Origin: Candidatus Falkowbacteria bacterium
Lineage (GTDB): Bacteria > Patescibacteriota > Patescibacteriia > Patescibacteriales > UBA12075
Direction of reading: 5' to 3'
Length of the DNA stretch: 64,000 nt
NCBI GenBank assembly: GCA_003514005.1
Contig: DOSJ01000010.1
Coordinates: 39,425 to 103,424 of the forward strand
The position numbers were made by a program, and so were the translations under genes. Shown piece after piece: positions 27,475-35,808 of the stretch (its first letter is position 1; each line of letters begins with the position of its first letter). The notes under the pieces were generated by a model. It saw nothing but the letters and a program-made list of their open reading frames with translations, did not search any database and was not told the DNA's origin.

Positions 27475-27876
27475 TTATAACAATTGTTGTCCAATAAATT
27501 GTGTGATCGCATAGGCCGCCAAAACAACCACAAGCCCGATAATCGCGGCCTGAATCAAATCCTTGGCTTTTGTAACCTCGCCTTCATTTCCGCGAGCAAT
27601 CATCCATATAAATCCGCCATATATCATTAGTCCCAAAAACAAAATACCAATCAAAGAAAGACCAACACCGATTACTTTTCCAATCGCGCTGGGTAAGCTT
27701 GCCATGCCACCATCCGGTATTTTCCCATAACCTTTTTTAGCGGCTTCATCAAGCCCAGTAATTGCGCTGGAATCAACCGCCATAGCCATAGGTAAAACAA
27801 AAACAAAAAACAGTAAAATAATAAATAATATTCTTACGATGTTTTTTTTATTCTTTATAATTCCCGTCATGTTCAT
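27475..27876 (-). CDS. VirB2/TrbC-like pilin-family small membrane protein, paralogue 4
   Basis: 133 aa (YGGFIWMIARGNEGEVTKAKDLIQAAIIGLVV). Confidence 0.7.
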   Translation of the reverse strand: MNMTGIIKNKKNIVRILFIILLFFVFVLPMAMAVDSSAITGLDEAAKKGYGKIPDGGMASLPSAIGKVIGVGLSLIGILFLGLMIYGGFIWMIARGNEGEVTKAKDLIQAAIIGLVVVLAAYAITQFIGQQLL

Positions 27877-27937
27877 TAATCGAAAACAGATAATAGCAAA
27901 ATAAGCAAGCTATTATCTGTTAAAATACAAAATGATT

Positions 27938-28339
27938 TTATAAATCGCCATTAATTGCGTCGGCAGACATATTTATTACAAAATTCACGATTGCAAAGGC
28001 GGCAATAATAACTACAAGTCCAATAACTCCGGCGATAATAATACTTTTCGCTTTTCCAACACGATCATCATTCCCGGCAGCCGTCATCCAAACAAAACCT
28101 CCGTACAAAATTATAACTACGGCAATAATTCCTAAAAAGGTAATCAAATATTTAATAATCGTTACTGCCATATCCCGAACATCTTCATCTGCCGCAGCCG
28201 GCAAACCGACATTTTCTGCATACTTTATTCCTAATGACTCATCTAAAGATTGTGCTTGGCTTAAGTTTGCTTGAAAAAATAAAGAAAAAACACACAAAGA
28301 TACAATTGTAGCGACTAAATACTTTTTAAAAGTAAGCAT
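27938..28339 (-). CDS. VirB2/TrbC-like pilin-family small membrane protein, paralogue 3
   Basis: 133 aa (YGGFVWMTAAGNDDRVGKAKSIIIAGVIGLVV). Same subtype as paralogues 1 and 2. Confidence 0.7.
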   Translation of the reverse strand: MLTFKKYLVATIVSLCVFSLFFQANLSQAQSLDESLGIKYAENVGLPAAADEDVRDMAVTIIKYLITFLGIIAVVIILYGGFVWMTAAGNDDRVGKAKSIIIAGVIGLVVIIAAFAIVNFVINMSADAINGDL

Positions 28340-28376
28340 ATTTTTAAATTTTTCTAAATAAGTAGCTGTAATTATT

Positions 28377-28754
28377 TTAAATGTTTCCGCTTATCGCGTC
28401 ATTAGTTATATTAACGATAAATGTAATTATTGCAAATGCCGACAATATAACTACTAGTCCGATTGCGCCGGCAATTATGATTTTTTTTGCGTCTTCAACA
28501 CTATCCTGATTTCCGGCAGCAGTCATCCATTTAAAACCTCCGTATAATATAATCACAACGGCAATAATTCCCAAAAATGTCATAAGATATTTAACGATTT
28601 CAACCATCATCTGTTTTGGGTCTGTTTCTGAAGCTACTTGCAAATCTAAATTTTCAGCATAATCCAGACCAATATCTTGCGCGCTCACCGGAATAATATT
28701 AATTAAATTTAAAAAAATTATTAAAATCGCTAATACGGTTTTAAAGAATGTCAT
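28377..28754 (-). CDS. VirB2/TrbC-like pilin-family small membrane protein, paralogue 2
   Basis: 125 aa, very close to paralogue 1 (SAQDIGLDYAENLDLQ...ITNDAISGNI). Confidence 0.7.
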   Translation of the reverse strand: MTFFKTVLAILIIFLNLINIIPVSAQDIGLDYAENLDLQVASETDPKQMMVEIVKYLMTFLGIIAVVIILYGGFKWMTAAGNQDSVEDAKKIIIAGAIGLVVILSAFAIITFIVNITNDAISGNI

Positions 28755-28870
28755 AAAATTGTATTGTTAATTATTATTTAGTCCACCCTTATGGCAATAT
28801 TTTTTTATTGCCATAAGGGTGGATCCCTAGAATTCTAGAGGGACCCACGATATTTTGCGAATTACAGGTT

Positions 28871-29260
28871 TTAGATGTTTCCGCTCAAAGCATCATTTGT
28901 AATGCCAACAACGAAAGTAACGATTGCGAATGCGCACAAAATAATTATCAAGCCGATAACACCGGCGATAATTAATTTTTTTGCCTCAGCAACCTTGTCT
29001 TCGTTTCCAGCCGCAGTCATCCATTTGAAACCACCCAACAATATTACTACAACAGCGATAATACCCAAAAAAGTCATCAAATACTTGACAATGTCTACAG
29101 CCATTTGCTTAGGATCGGATTCGTTAGCTGCCTGTAAATCAAGGTTATTAGCATAATCCAAACCTATATCTTGCGCTGATACCGGTAATATAGCCATTGT
29201 TGAAAACAAAAAAACCATAACTATCGCCGCAAAAATATTTCGAAATAAATTTTTATTCAT
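28871..29260 (-). CDS. VirB2/TrbC-like pilin-family small membrane protein, paralogue 1 (likely major subunit)
   Basis: 129 aa. It is the only array member inspected that has a strong Shine-Dalgarno sequence (GGGGAGGTGA 6 nt before the ATG), and it is followed by a 16-bp perfect hairpin. Confidence 0.75.
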   Translation of the reverse strand: MNKNLFRNIFAAIVMVFLFSTMAILPVSAQDIGLDYANNLDLQAANESDPKQMAVDIVKYLMTFLGIIAVVVILLGGFKWMTAAGNEDKVAEAKKLIIAGVIGLIIILCAFAIVTFVVGITNDALSGNI

Positions 29261-29416
29261 AATTCACCTCCCCTCATTTTATTTTAAACTAAAAAAATTT
29301 TTTAATTTAAAAAAATTAAGTTATTAACATTAACTATATTTTACCATATTTTCTAGCTATCAGCAATTAGATATGATAATATATAAATACTTCGATATGA
29401 ATCAAGTCAAAAAGAA

Positions 29417-30982
29417 ATGAAATTTACTTATTTAAACACATTAAAAGCGCTATTATTATTTTTTGTTTTTATTTTATTTCTTTATAATTCCTTCAACTAT
29501 CTGGACCCGGATTTTGGGTGGCATTTAAAGGCCGGCGAGGAAATATATCAGGCAAAATGCGTTCCCTGGCAAGAAAATTATAATTATACTTTGGAGGGAA
29601 AAAACTGGGTTGACCATGAATGGCTGTTAAACTTGATTAGCTATCTCATATATACCAAGTTTGGTTATTTTATCCTAAATATTATTTTTGCTTTTATCGC
29701 CTTTTTAGTTTTCTTCTTATTAAATTTTTATCTAATCAAAAAATATATAAGAGATTATCTGCATTTTCTTCTCATTATCTCAATCGAGTTGATTGCCATA
29801 ATCGGTATTCTCCCACACTCCGGGGTGCGCATGCAAGAATTTTCAGTTTTAATGTTTTTAGTTGAACTAATTTTGCTTGACAAGTTTTATGAAACAAGCA
29901 AACAAAAAACTCTGTTCTTTTTACCTTTACTCTTTTTAATCTGGGCAAATTTGCATGGCGGCTTTATGATTGGGCTTTTTGTTTTATGGTTATTTTGGAT
30001 AATAAATATAATCGCCCCAAAAATAATTAATAAATTTAAAATAAATTATTTTGAATATAAAGCAAACACTAATAAAGTCTTGCTCTTGGTTGCCATCCTT
30101 TCATCTTTATCAGTTTTCATTACCCCATATCATTATAAATATTTCAGCTTCATGCTTTCATATACCAATACTTATTATATGAAGCATATTTCCGAATGGC
30201 TGCCTGCTTACTTGCCGCCGATTATTTACAGCCAGCAATTATATTTCATTATTTTTTCGCTTATTATCATTTTTTTATTTTTAAACAAAAAACAATCCAA
30301 AATAAATCTCTGGTATCTGGTTTTGGGCTTTGTGCTTTTTGTTTCCGCCCTTAAATCACGCCGCAATTTCCCGCTTTTTTTTATTGCGTCCATCCCCTTA
30401 ATTACGATTGCCACAAGCAATTTTAATAAAGAAAATTTTAAAGCCTTTTATGCTCTGCTATTTTCAAAATATTTAAAAATGAATCTGGTCTTCGTACTTT
30501 TACTTAGTATGGCTATGTTTTTACTAAGCACAAATTTCACAAACACCCCCTTTCAGAATGAAAAATTCTGTTCTGCTTATCCTTGTGAAGGATTAAAAAG
30601 CATAAAAAATCTTCCGCAAGAAAATTTAAAAATTTTTAATGACTACGGATCCGGCGGATTTCTTGTCTGGAATTGGCCGAATCAAAAGATTTTTATTGAC
30701 GGCAGATTACCAATGCTAATCGTAAACAATCATTCTCTTTTGGAAGAATATTATGATTTTTTTGATAAAGAGCAGATTTCTGATAATATAAAGATGCACG
30801 ATATTAATCTTGTCCAAGGAAAAAAATACAAAACTAATAATTATAACTGGTTTGAAAAAACATTTTTGGGAATGAAAAATAAAAAAGAAAAAATAAATCC
30901 GCTTGAAGAATACCTGCTAAATTCATCTGAATGGAAAAAAATATTCGAGGATGAAAATTTCTTTATTTATTACAAAGCATAA
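29417..30982 (+). CDS. Polytopic membrane protein, GT-C-like glycosyltransferase candidate
   Basis: 521 aa with more than 10 predicted TM helices. It has an acidic first-loop motif (LDPDFGWH) and a C-terminal soluble domain. The function is inferred from this architecture only. Confidence 0.45.
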   Translation: MKFTYLNTLKALLLFFVFILFLYNSFNYLDPDFGWHLKAGEEIYQAKCVPWQENYNYTLEGKNWVDHEWLLNLISYLIYTKFGYFILNIIFAFIAFLVFFLLNFYLIKKYIRDYLHFLLIISIELIAIIGILPHSGVRMQEFSVLMFLVELILLDKFYETSKQKTLFFLPLLFLIWANLHGGFMIGLFVLWLFWIINIIAPKIINKFKINYFEYKANTNKVLLLVAILSSLSVFITPYHYKYFSFMLSYTNTYYMKHISEWLPAYLPPIIYSQQLYFIIFSLIIIFLFLNKKQSKINLWYLVLGFVLFVSALKSRRNFPLFFIASIPLITIATSNFNKENFKAFYALLFSKYLKMNLVFVLLLSMAMFLLSTNFTNTPFQNEKFCSAYPCEGLKSIKNLPQENLKIFNDYGSGGFLVWNWPNQKIFIDGRLPMLIVNNHSLLEEYYDFFDKEQISDNIKMHDINLVQGKKYKTNNYNWFEKTFLGMKNKKEKINPLEEYLLNSSEWKKIFEDENFFIYYKA

Positions 30983-30988
30983 TTAAAC

Positions 30989-31525
30989 ATGGCTCGAAAT
31001 ACGGAAACAATTGATTATACAAATGATTATTACAGGGGCTTTGCCGGCTTTTATTTTCGAAAAATACTGGAAACAATTATTGAGTTTGGAAATTTACGAA
31101 ATGAAAGCGAGATTATTTTAGATTTTGGCTGCGGGATTGGACATTTAAAAAAAACGCTAAACAAAAATAATATAATCAATTATGACATTGAACCGAGCCT
31201 GACTGAAATTTCTGATTATAAAACAATTAAGCCAAAAAAAATTGTTCTTTCCGGCGTACTTGAGCATTTGTATTTAAATGAAATAGAAAATTTGTTAAAA
31301 GAATTTATCAAGATAAATAATAGTGTGGAATTATTAGTTTATCTGCCTACGGAAAATTTTGTTTCAAAAATTGCCATGCTCCTTGCCGGCCAAAAAAACG
31401 CTCATGACGACCATGTGTCAAATTACCGAGAAATAAATAAATTATTGAAAAATCAATTCATATTAAAAAAGCGCAAATATATTTTTGCCCGCATGGCACA
31501 AATCAGCTATTATGCCAGAAGATAA
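30989..31525 (+). CDS. Class I SAM-dependent methyltransferase
   Basis: 178 aa with motif I ILDFGCGIGH. Confidence 0.6.
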   Translation: MARNTETIDYTNDYYRGFAGFYFRKILETIIEFGNLRNESEIILDFGCGIGHLKKTLNKNNIINYDIEPSLTEISDYKTIKPKKIVLSGVLEHLYLNEIENLLKEFIKINNSVELLVYLPTENFVSKIAMLLAGQKNAHDDHVSNYREINKLLKNQFILKKRKYIFARMAQISYYARR

Positions 31526-32255
31526 AATTATTACTAAAAACCTTAGTCCGGATCTTTCCGTAGTTGTTTTGTGCTACCAAACCGGAAAAAACACTGAGAC
31601 TTTTGTCGAAAGCATAATCAAACATTTTTTTTCAAACAATATTACTAATTATGAACTTGTCCTGGTCGGCAATTATCATCCCGGAAAAAAGGACGACACG
31701 CCGGAAGTATTGCGCTTACTCGCGGCTAAATATGCTTTTGTTAAATTTGTTGCAAAACCGAAACAAGGCATGATGGGCTGGGACATGCGGAGCGGATTGG
31801 AAATAGCAAGCGGTAATTTTATCGCGATTATCGACGGCGACGGACAGATGCCTATCGATGATATCGCAAGGGTTTACAAAGAAATAAAAAGTAGTGATTG
31901 CGATTTGGTAAAAACTTTTCGCACAAAGCGCGGCGATGGCGCTTGGCGCAGAATAATATCAATTGTTTATAACGCTATTTTTATATTACTTTTTCCCGGC
32001 GTATTTTATCGCGATATCAATTCAAAACCAAAAATATTCAGTCGCTCCGCTTTAAACAAATTGCATCTTTGTTCAAATGACTGGTTTATTGATGCTGAAA
32101 TAATGATCTTGGCACGACGCCATAAATTAATTATCAAAGAGATTCCTACAAACTTTTTCAAACTTGCTGACCGGGCATCATATGTAAAGTTCTCAGCAAT
32201 TTTTGAATTTATAAAAAATTTAATTATATTCAGGATTAAAGAATTTAAAAAATGA
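31512..32255 (+). CDS. GT2 glycosyltransferase (polyprenol-phosphate sugar synthase-like)
   Basis: GT-A fold pattern VVVLCYQ ... IDGDGQ (DxD). The start is moved to the ATG at 31512 (MPEDKII). Confidence 0.7.
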   Translation: MPEDKIITKNLSPDLSVVVLCYQTGKNTETFVESIIKHFFSNNITNYELVLVGNYHPGKKDDTPEVLRLLAAKYAFVKFVAKPKQGMMGWDMRSGLEIASGNFIAIIDGDGQMPIDDIARVYKEIKSSDCDLVKTFRTKRGDGAWRRIISIVYNAIFILLFPGVFYRDINSKPKIFSRSALNKLHLCSNDWFIDAEIMILARRHKLIIKEIPTNFFKLADRASYVKFSAIFEFIKNLIIFRIKEFKK

Positions 32256-33094
32256 ACATCTTGATTACCGGCGGAAGCGGTAAAATTGGGAAACACTTAA
32301 TTCCGGTATTGCAAAAATCCGGTCGTTTTTGTTATATACTTAGCCGTAAAAATAAAGAAAACGAATTTTTTCGGCAAGGCGATTTATTGGATATTGATTC
32401 TTTAATAAAATCGCTTAACAATATCGACGCAGTAATACATTTGGCGGCAAAAACGCACACTGATAACGCAAGCGAATATTTTCTAATCAACCTGGAAGGA
32501 ACAAAAAATTTAATTCATGCCTGTGAGCAAACAAAAGTAAATAAATTTATATTCATAAGCAGTTATACTGCCTCTCCTGATGGCGGCGCTTATGCCAAAT
32601 CTAAATATCAGACAGAAGAAATAATAAAAAAAACGGATTTGAATTGGATTATATTAAAGCTTTCGGAAGTTTACGGCGCAGGACAGAGCGAAGCGATAGA
32701 TCTTTTGAAAAAAAATGTAAAAAACCATAAAATAATTTTTTACCCAAAACACAAAGGCATCTATCTTCGACCCATATCAGTTAATGATGCTTGTTTTGCA
32801 ATTAATGCCGCGCTAAACTCTGGCTTTGACAAGAAAACATATTTAATCGCCGGACCTAAAAGACTAGATTATCGTGATCTGCTTCTAAAAATTGCCGAGG
32901 GGCAAAGAAAAAAAATATTTCTTTTTCCAATACCTATTTTTTTAATTCGTATCACGACTTTTCTTCTTGCGCCATTTGGATTATCACCAATAAAAAAAGA
33001 CCAACTAGACAGACTGCTGGTACAAAAACCTTTTGACATAAGTGCCGCTGAAAATGATTTAAATTTTCACCCCAAAGATTTTTTGAATTCGTAA
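32252..33094 (+). CDS. NAD-dependent epimerase/dehydratase family protein
   Basis: 280 aa. Rossmann motif ILITGGSGKIG and the SDR YxxxK motif (YAKSK). Confidence 0.7.
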   Translation: MNILITGGSGKIGKHLIPVLQKSGRFCYILSRKNKENEFFRQGDLLDIDSLIKSLNNIDAVIHLAAKTHTDNASEYFLINLEGTKNLIHACEQTKVNKFIFISSYTASPDGGAYAKSKYQTEEIIKKTDLNWIILKLSEVYGAGQSEAIDLLKKNVKNHKIIFYPKHKGIYLRPISVNDACFAINAALNSGFDKKTYLIAGPKRLDYRDLLLKIAEGQRKKIFLFPIPIFLIRITTFLLAPFGLSPIKKDQLDRLLVQKPFDISAAENDLNFHPKDFLNS

Positions 33095-33125
33095 TAAATA
33101 TCGATTCTTCGACATATTTTGTAGT

Positions 33126-33815
33126 TTAGGCCGAAAATAAAACACTCCCCCAATCATCTTCCTGAATATCCGCCAACTCACAACACTCCTCAATCCCAAA
33201 AACCCCAACTGCCGTCCGTTTAAGTTCTGTAAGATATGCCCCGCACCCGAGATTCTGCCCAATATCATGTGCCAAAGACCGGATATATGTTCCCGAAGAA
33301 CACTTAACCCGAATTTTCAATAAAGGATAATTATATTCAAGTAGCTCAAGCTCATATATATTAATCTCAACCGCCTTCCGCTCAATCTCTATCCCTTTCC
33401 GCGCCAACTCATACAACTTTTTCCCACCAACCTTCTTCGCGCTAAACATCGGCGGAGTCTGTTTTTGCTTTCCTGTATATTTAATTAAAACATTTTCAAT
33501 GTCGAATCTATCCATTTCTAACTTCTCACTTCTAACTTCTAACTTTCCTGTTCGATCAAAAGTATCCGTAACCGCCCCCAAATGCAAAACCGCTTCGTAC
33601 TCTTTGTCCAACTTAACATATTGACTAATCAAACGCGTTGCTTCACGACCAATTGCCACAACCAAAACTCCGCTCGCAAACGGATCCAAGGTACCGGCAT
33701 GGCCGATTTTTTTTATTCCGGTTATTTTTCGAAGTTTAGCAATAACACCAAATGATGTTGGACCAACTGGCTTGTTGATTAATAAAAAACCTGATTTTTT
33801 GATAATTGTTTGCAT
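33126..33815 (-). CDS. truB: tRNA pseudouridine(55) synthase
   Basis: 229 aa. Catalytic-Asp motif GHAGTLDP and QTPPMFSA. Contains a 7-nt tandem array at 33514-33548. Confidence 0.9.
   Translation of the reverse strand: MQTIIKKSGFLLINKPVGPTSFGVIAKLRKITGIKKIGHAGTLDPFASGVLVVAIGREATRLISQYVKLDKEYEAVLHLGAVTDTFDRTGKLEVRSEKLEMDRFDIENVLIKYTGKQKQTPPMFSAKKVGGKKLYELARKGIEIERKAVEINIYELELLEYNYPLLKIRVKCSSGTYIRSLAHDIGQNLGCGAYLTELKRTAVGVFGIEECCELADIQEDDWGSVLFSA
33514..33548. repeat. 7-nt tandem array (ACTTCTA x5, imperfect) inside truB
   Basis: ATTTCTA ACTTCTC ACTTCTA ACTTCTA ACTTTCC, encoding GKLEVRSEKLEM. The same word family makes up the intergenic stretch 54421-54456. Confidence 0.75.
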
Positions 33816-33827
33816 ATTTTAAATTAA

Positions 33828-33975
33828 AATGTAAATCTCAAAATGTAAAATGACAATTTAAAGTTTAAAATTAATTATTGCATATTAACATCAATATATA
33901 AATCGATTTTATTTATTGTTAATAATTATTTAATATACATTGTCATTTTACATTTTGAGATTTACATTTTACATT
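33828..33975. repeat. Long AT-rich inverted repeat (about 30-bp arms, about 85-nt centre)
   Basis: AATGTAAATCTCAAAATGTAAAATGACAAT ... ATTGTCATTTTACATTTTGAGATTTACATT. An arm fragment recurs at 61712-61735. Confidence 0.7.
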
Positions 33976-34040
33976 TTATTCGACTTATCAACAATTGACG
34001 AAAAGCAAAATATTTGCTACAATACTATTATGTGACTTAG

Positions 34041-34065
34041 ATAAGTCCACAAAAACCTAGACTAA
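34041..34065 (+). promoter_or_regulatory. 25-nt motif copy A1 (ATAAGTCCA-CAA-AAAC-CTAGAC-TAA)
   Basis: Its first 17 nt match copy B2 at 16 of 17 positions. It ends 19 nt upstream of the 34084 start codon. Confidence 0.55.
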
Positions 34066-34083
34066 AACAAAAATAAAAACAAA

Positions 34084-34425
34084 ATGACAATAAATACTTA
34101 CGTTTCCCCGATTAATGAGACAGCTACAAAATCACAAATCGGTTGGAAATATTACAATAGCATAAAAAAGAAAGCTTTGGAAAGTGAGTTCAGCTTGTCT
34201 GGACTTATACTAAGTATTTCCATTGCTTTTTTTATTGTGCTGATTACTGCTTACAGTTTGTCATTATTGCATACATCTTATAAAAATACCCAGATTCAAA
34301 ATACTATAAACAAAAACATTTATAGCCTGGAAAAATTCCATACAGAATCGGGTGTCTATTATATACAAGAAAATTTAATTGATCTTTCAAAAACCGAAGA
34401 TTCGGCAAATAATTTATTGGCCTAA
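34084..34425 (+). CDS. Hypothetical single-pass membrane protein
   Basis: 113 aa with a central TM helix. No recognisable family. Confidence 0.5.
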   Translation: MTINTYVSPINETATKSQIGWKYYNSIKKKALESEFSLSGLILSISIAFFIVLITAYSLSLLHTSYKNTQIQNTINKNIYSLEKFHTESGVYYIQENLIDLSKTEDSANNLLA

Positions 34426-34770
34426 TTAATTCCCAAGACTAACAATAGCCTTTAGAATTAATTAGGCTTATGCTTAATTGAATATTTAAGTCGGCCAAAA
34501 CAAATTCGGCCGCAATCGCCATATATTTATGGCAAATCGTTCTTTCGAAATCATGGAGCTGCATATTCGCTCCAAAAAACGGACAACATGCAGCTCCTCT
34601 TTTCTCTCTTTCTTACTTTATCGCTTTAGCGACAAAGTGAGCATGGGGATAAAAGCTTCTATTTCCTTAAGCAAGAGATAGAAAAACATTAACACCGCCG
34701 GACTCTTCAAGCGGTGTTTTTGTTGTATAGATAAATTATACTCAAGTATTTAATACAGAAAAGTATTTGC

Positions 34771-34853
34771 TGATATTTTATGTTTATTCGATTTGGGCGA
34801 CTGCACCTTCCATACGCCCCATGAGAAGAAACATAAAATATCAGCAAATACGT
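34771..34853. repeat. Perfect 23-bp-arm inverted repeat with a 37-nt GC-richer loop
   Basis: GTATTTGCTGATATTTTATGTTT ... AAACATAAAATATCAGCAAATAC. The loop holds an inner stem TGGGCG/CGCCCA. Track ORF 34750-34947 is probably spurious. Confidence 0.65.
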
Positions 34854-34923
34854 TGGTTGTATAAAAATTCAAATCCGTAATTTTTAATATTGATAAAAAA
34901 AAGCGTATAATACAAATAAACAT

Positions 34924-35703
34924 ATGAACAAAATAACCAGTAGTCAAAATCCAAAAATCAAAGAAATACTTAAACTAAGAAAAACAAAGCAAAGAAAAAA
35001 AACCGATTTATTTATTATAGAAGGAGCACAAGAGCTTGGCATGGTAATAAAGTCAGGCATTCAAATTTCAAACCTGTTTTATTGCGCGGATTACTTAAAA
35101 GACAAATCATTTTTATCGCAACTCCATTGTGATATTTACGAATTGGATAAAAATACATTCAACAAAATCTCTTTACGCGAAAATCCGGATGGGATATTGG
35201 TGCTTGCCAAGCCAAAAGATATGTTTTTGAACGATATAAAGCTTTCAAAAAATCCATTTCTCTTGATTCTTGAATCAATCGAAAAACCGGGCAATCTTGG
35301 AGCTATTTTTCGTACGGCAGATGCTTGTGGGGTAGATTGTATCATAATATGCGAACCAAAAACCGATATTTACAATCCAAATGTAATTCGCTCAAGCCTT
35401 GGAACAATATTTACCAATAAAATAGTTATCTGTAAAAACTCAGAGATTTTTTCTTGGCTTAAAAAAAATAATATAAAAAGCTTTGCCACCACTCCTAATA
35501 CAGACATACTCTACACCAGGGCGGATTTTAGCGGAGCAATCGCGATAACAATCGGCACAGAACACGAAGGCCTAAGTACGGAATGGCTAAAATCAGCGGA
35601 CTATAAAATAAAAATTCCCATGAAAGGAAAAATAGATTCGTTAAATGCTTCAGTCAGCGCCGCAATCATTCTTTTTGAGGCATCCAGACAAAGAGAGAAA
35701 TAA
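34924..35703 (+). CDS. TrmH/SpoU family RNA 2'-O-methyltransferase
   Basis: 259 aa. SpoU motifs PGNLGAIFRTA, GTEHEGL and SLNASVSAAI. Confidence 0.8.
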   Translation: MNKITSSQNPKIKEILKLRKTKQRKKTDLFIIEGAQELGMVIKSGIQISNLFYCADYLKDKSFLSQLHCDIYELDKNTFNKISLRENPDGILVLAKPKDMFLNDIKLSKNPFLLILESIEKPGNLGAIFRTADACGVDCIIICEPKTDIYNPNVIRSSLGTIFTNKIVICKNSEIFSWLKKNNIKSFATTPNTDILYTRADFSGAIAITIGTEHEGLSTEWLKSADYKIKIPMKGKIDSLNASVSAAIILFEASRQREK

Positions 35704-35808
35704 AATTTATTTGATAAATAGCCTTGTTTTGTGGTATAATTTTTATACCACTTTTTATTTTACCGGTTAATATCTTGATATTATTTATAATAATTTATCA
35801 TCAACCCA

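Noticed and set aside
28821-28850. GGATCCCTAGAATTCTAGAGGGACCC, containing BamHI, EcoRI and XbaI sites, as possible cloning-vector polylinker contamination
   Set aside because: It does not match any polylinker I know. It is embedded in native AT-rich sequence between two paralogous genes, and the sites arise from a short palindrome (CTAGAATTCTAG). It is probably natural.
34600-34650. TATCGCTTTAGCGAC, resembling the tmRNA tag-coding region (..TACGCTTTAGCAGCT..)
   Set aside because: No tRNA-like acceptor or T-arm (GGTTCGAATCC...CCA context) and no GGGGC 5' end is found nearby. The similarity is short and likely fortuitous.
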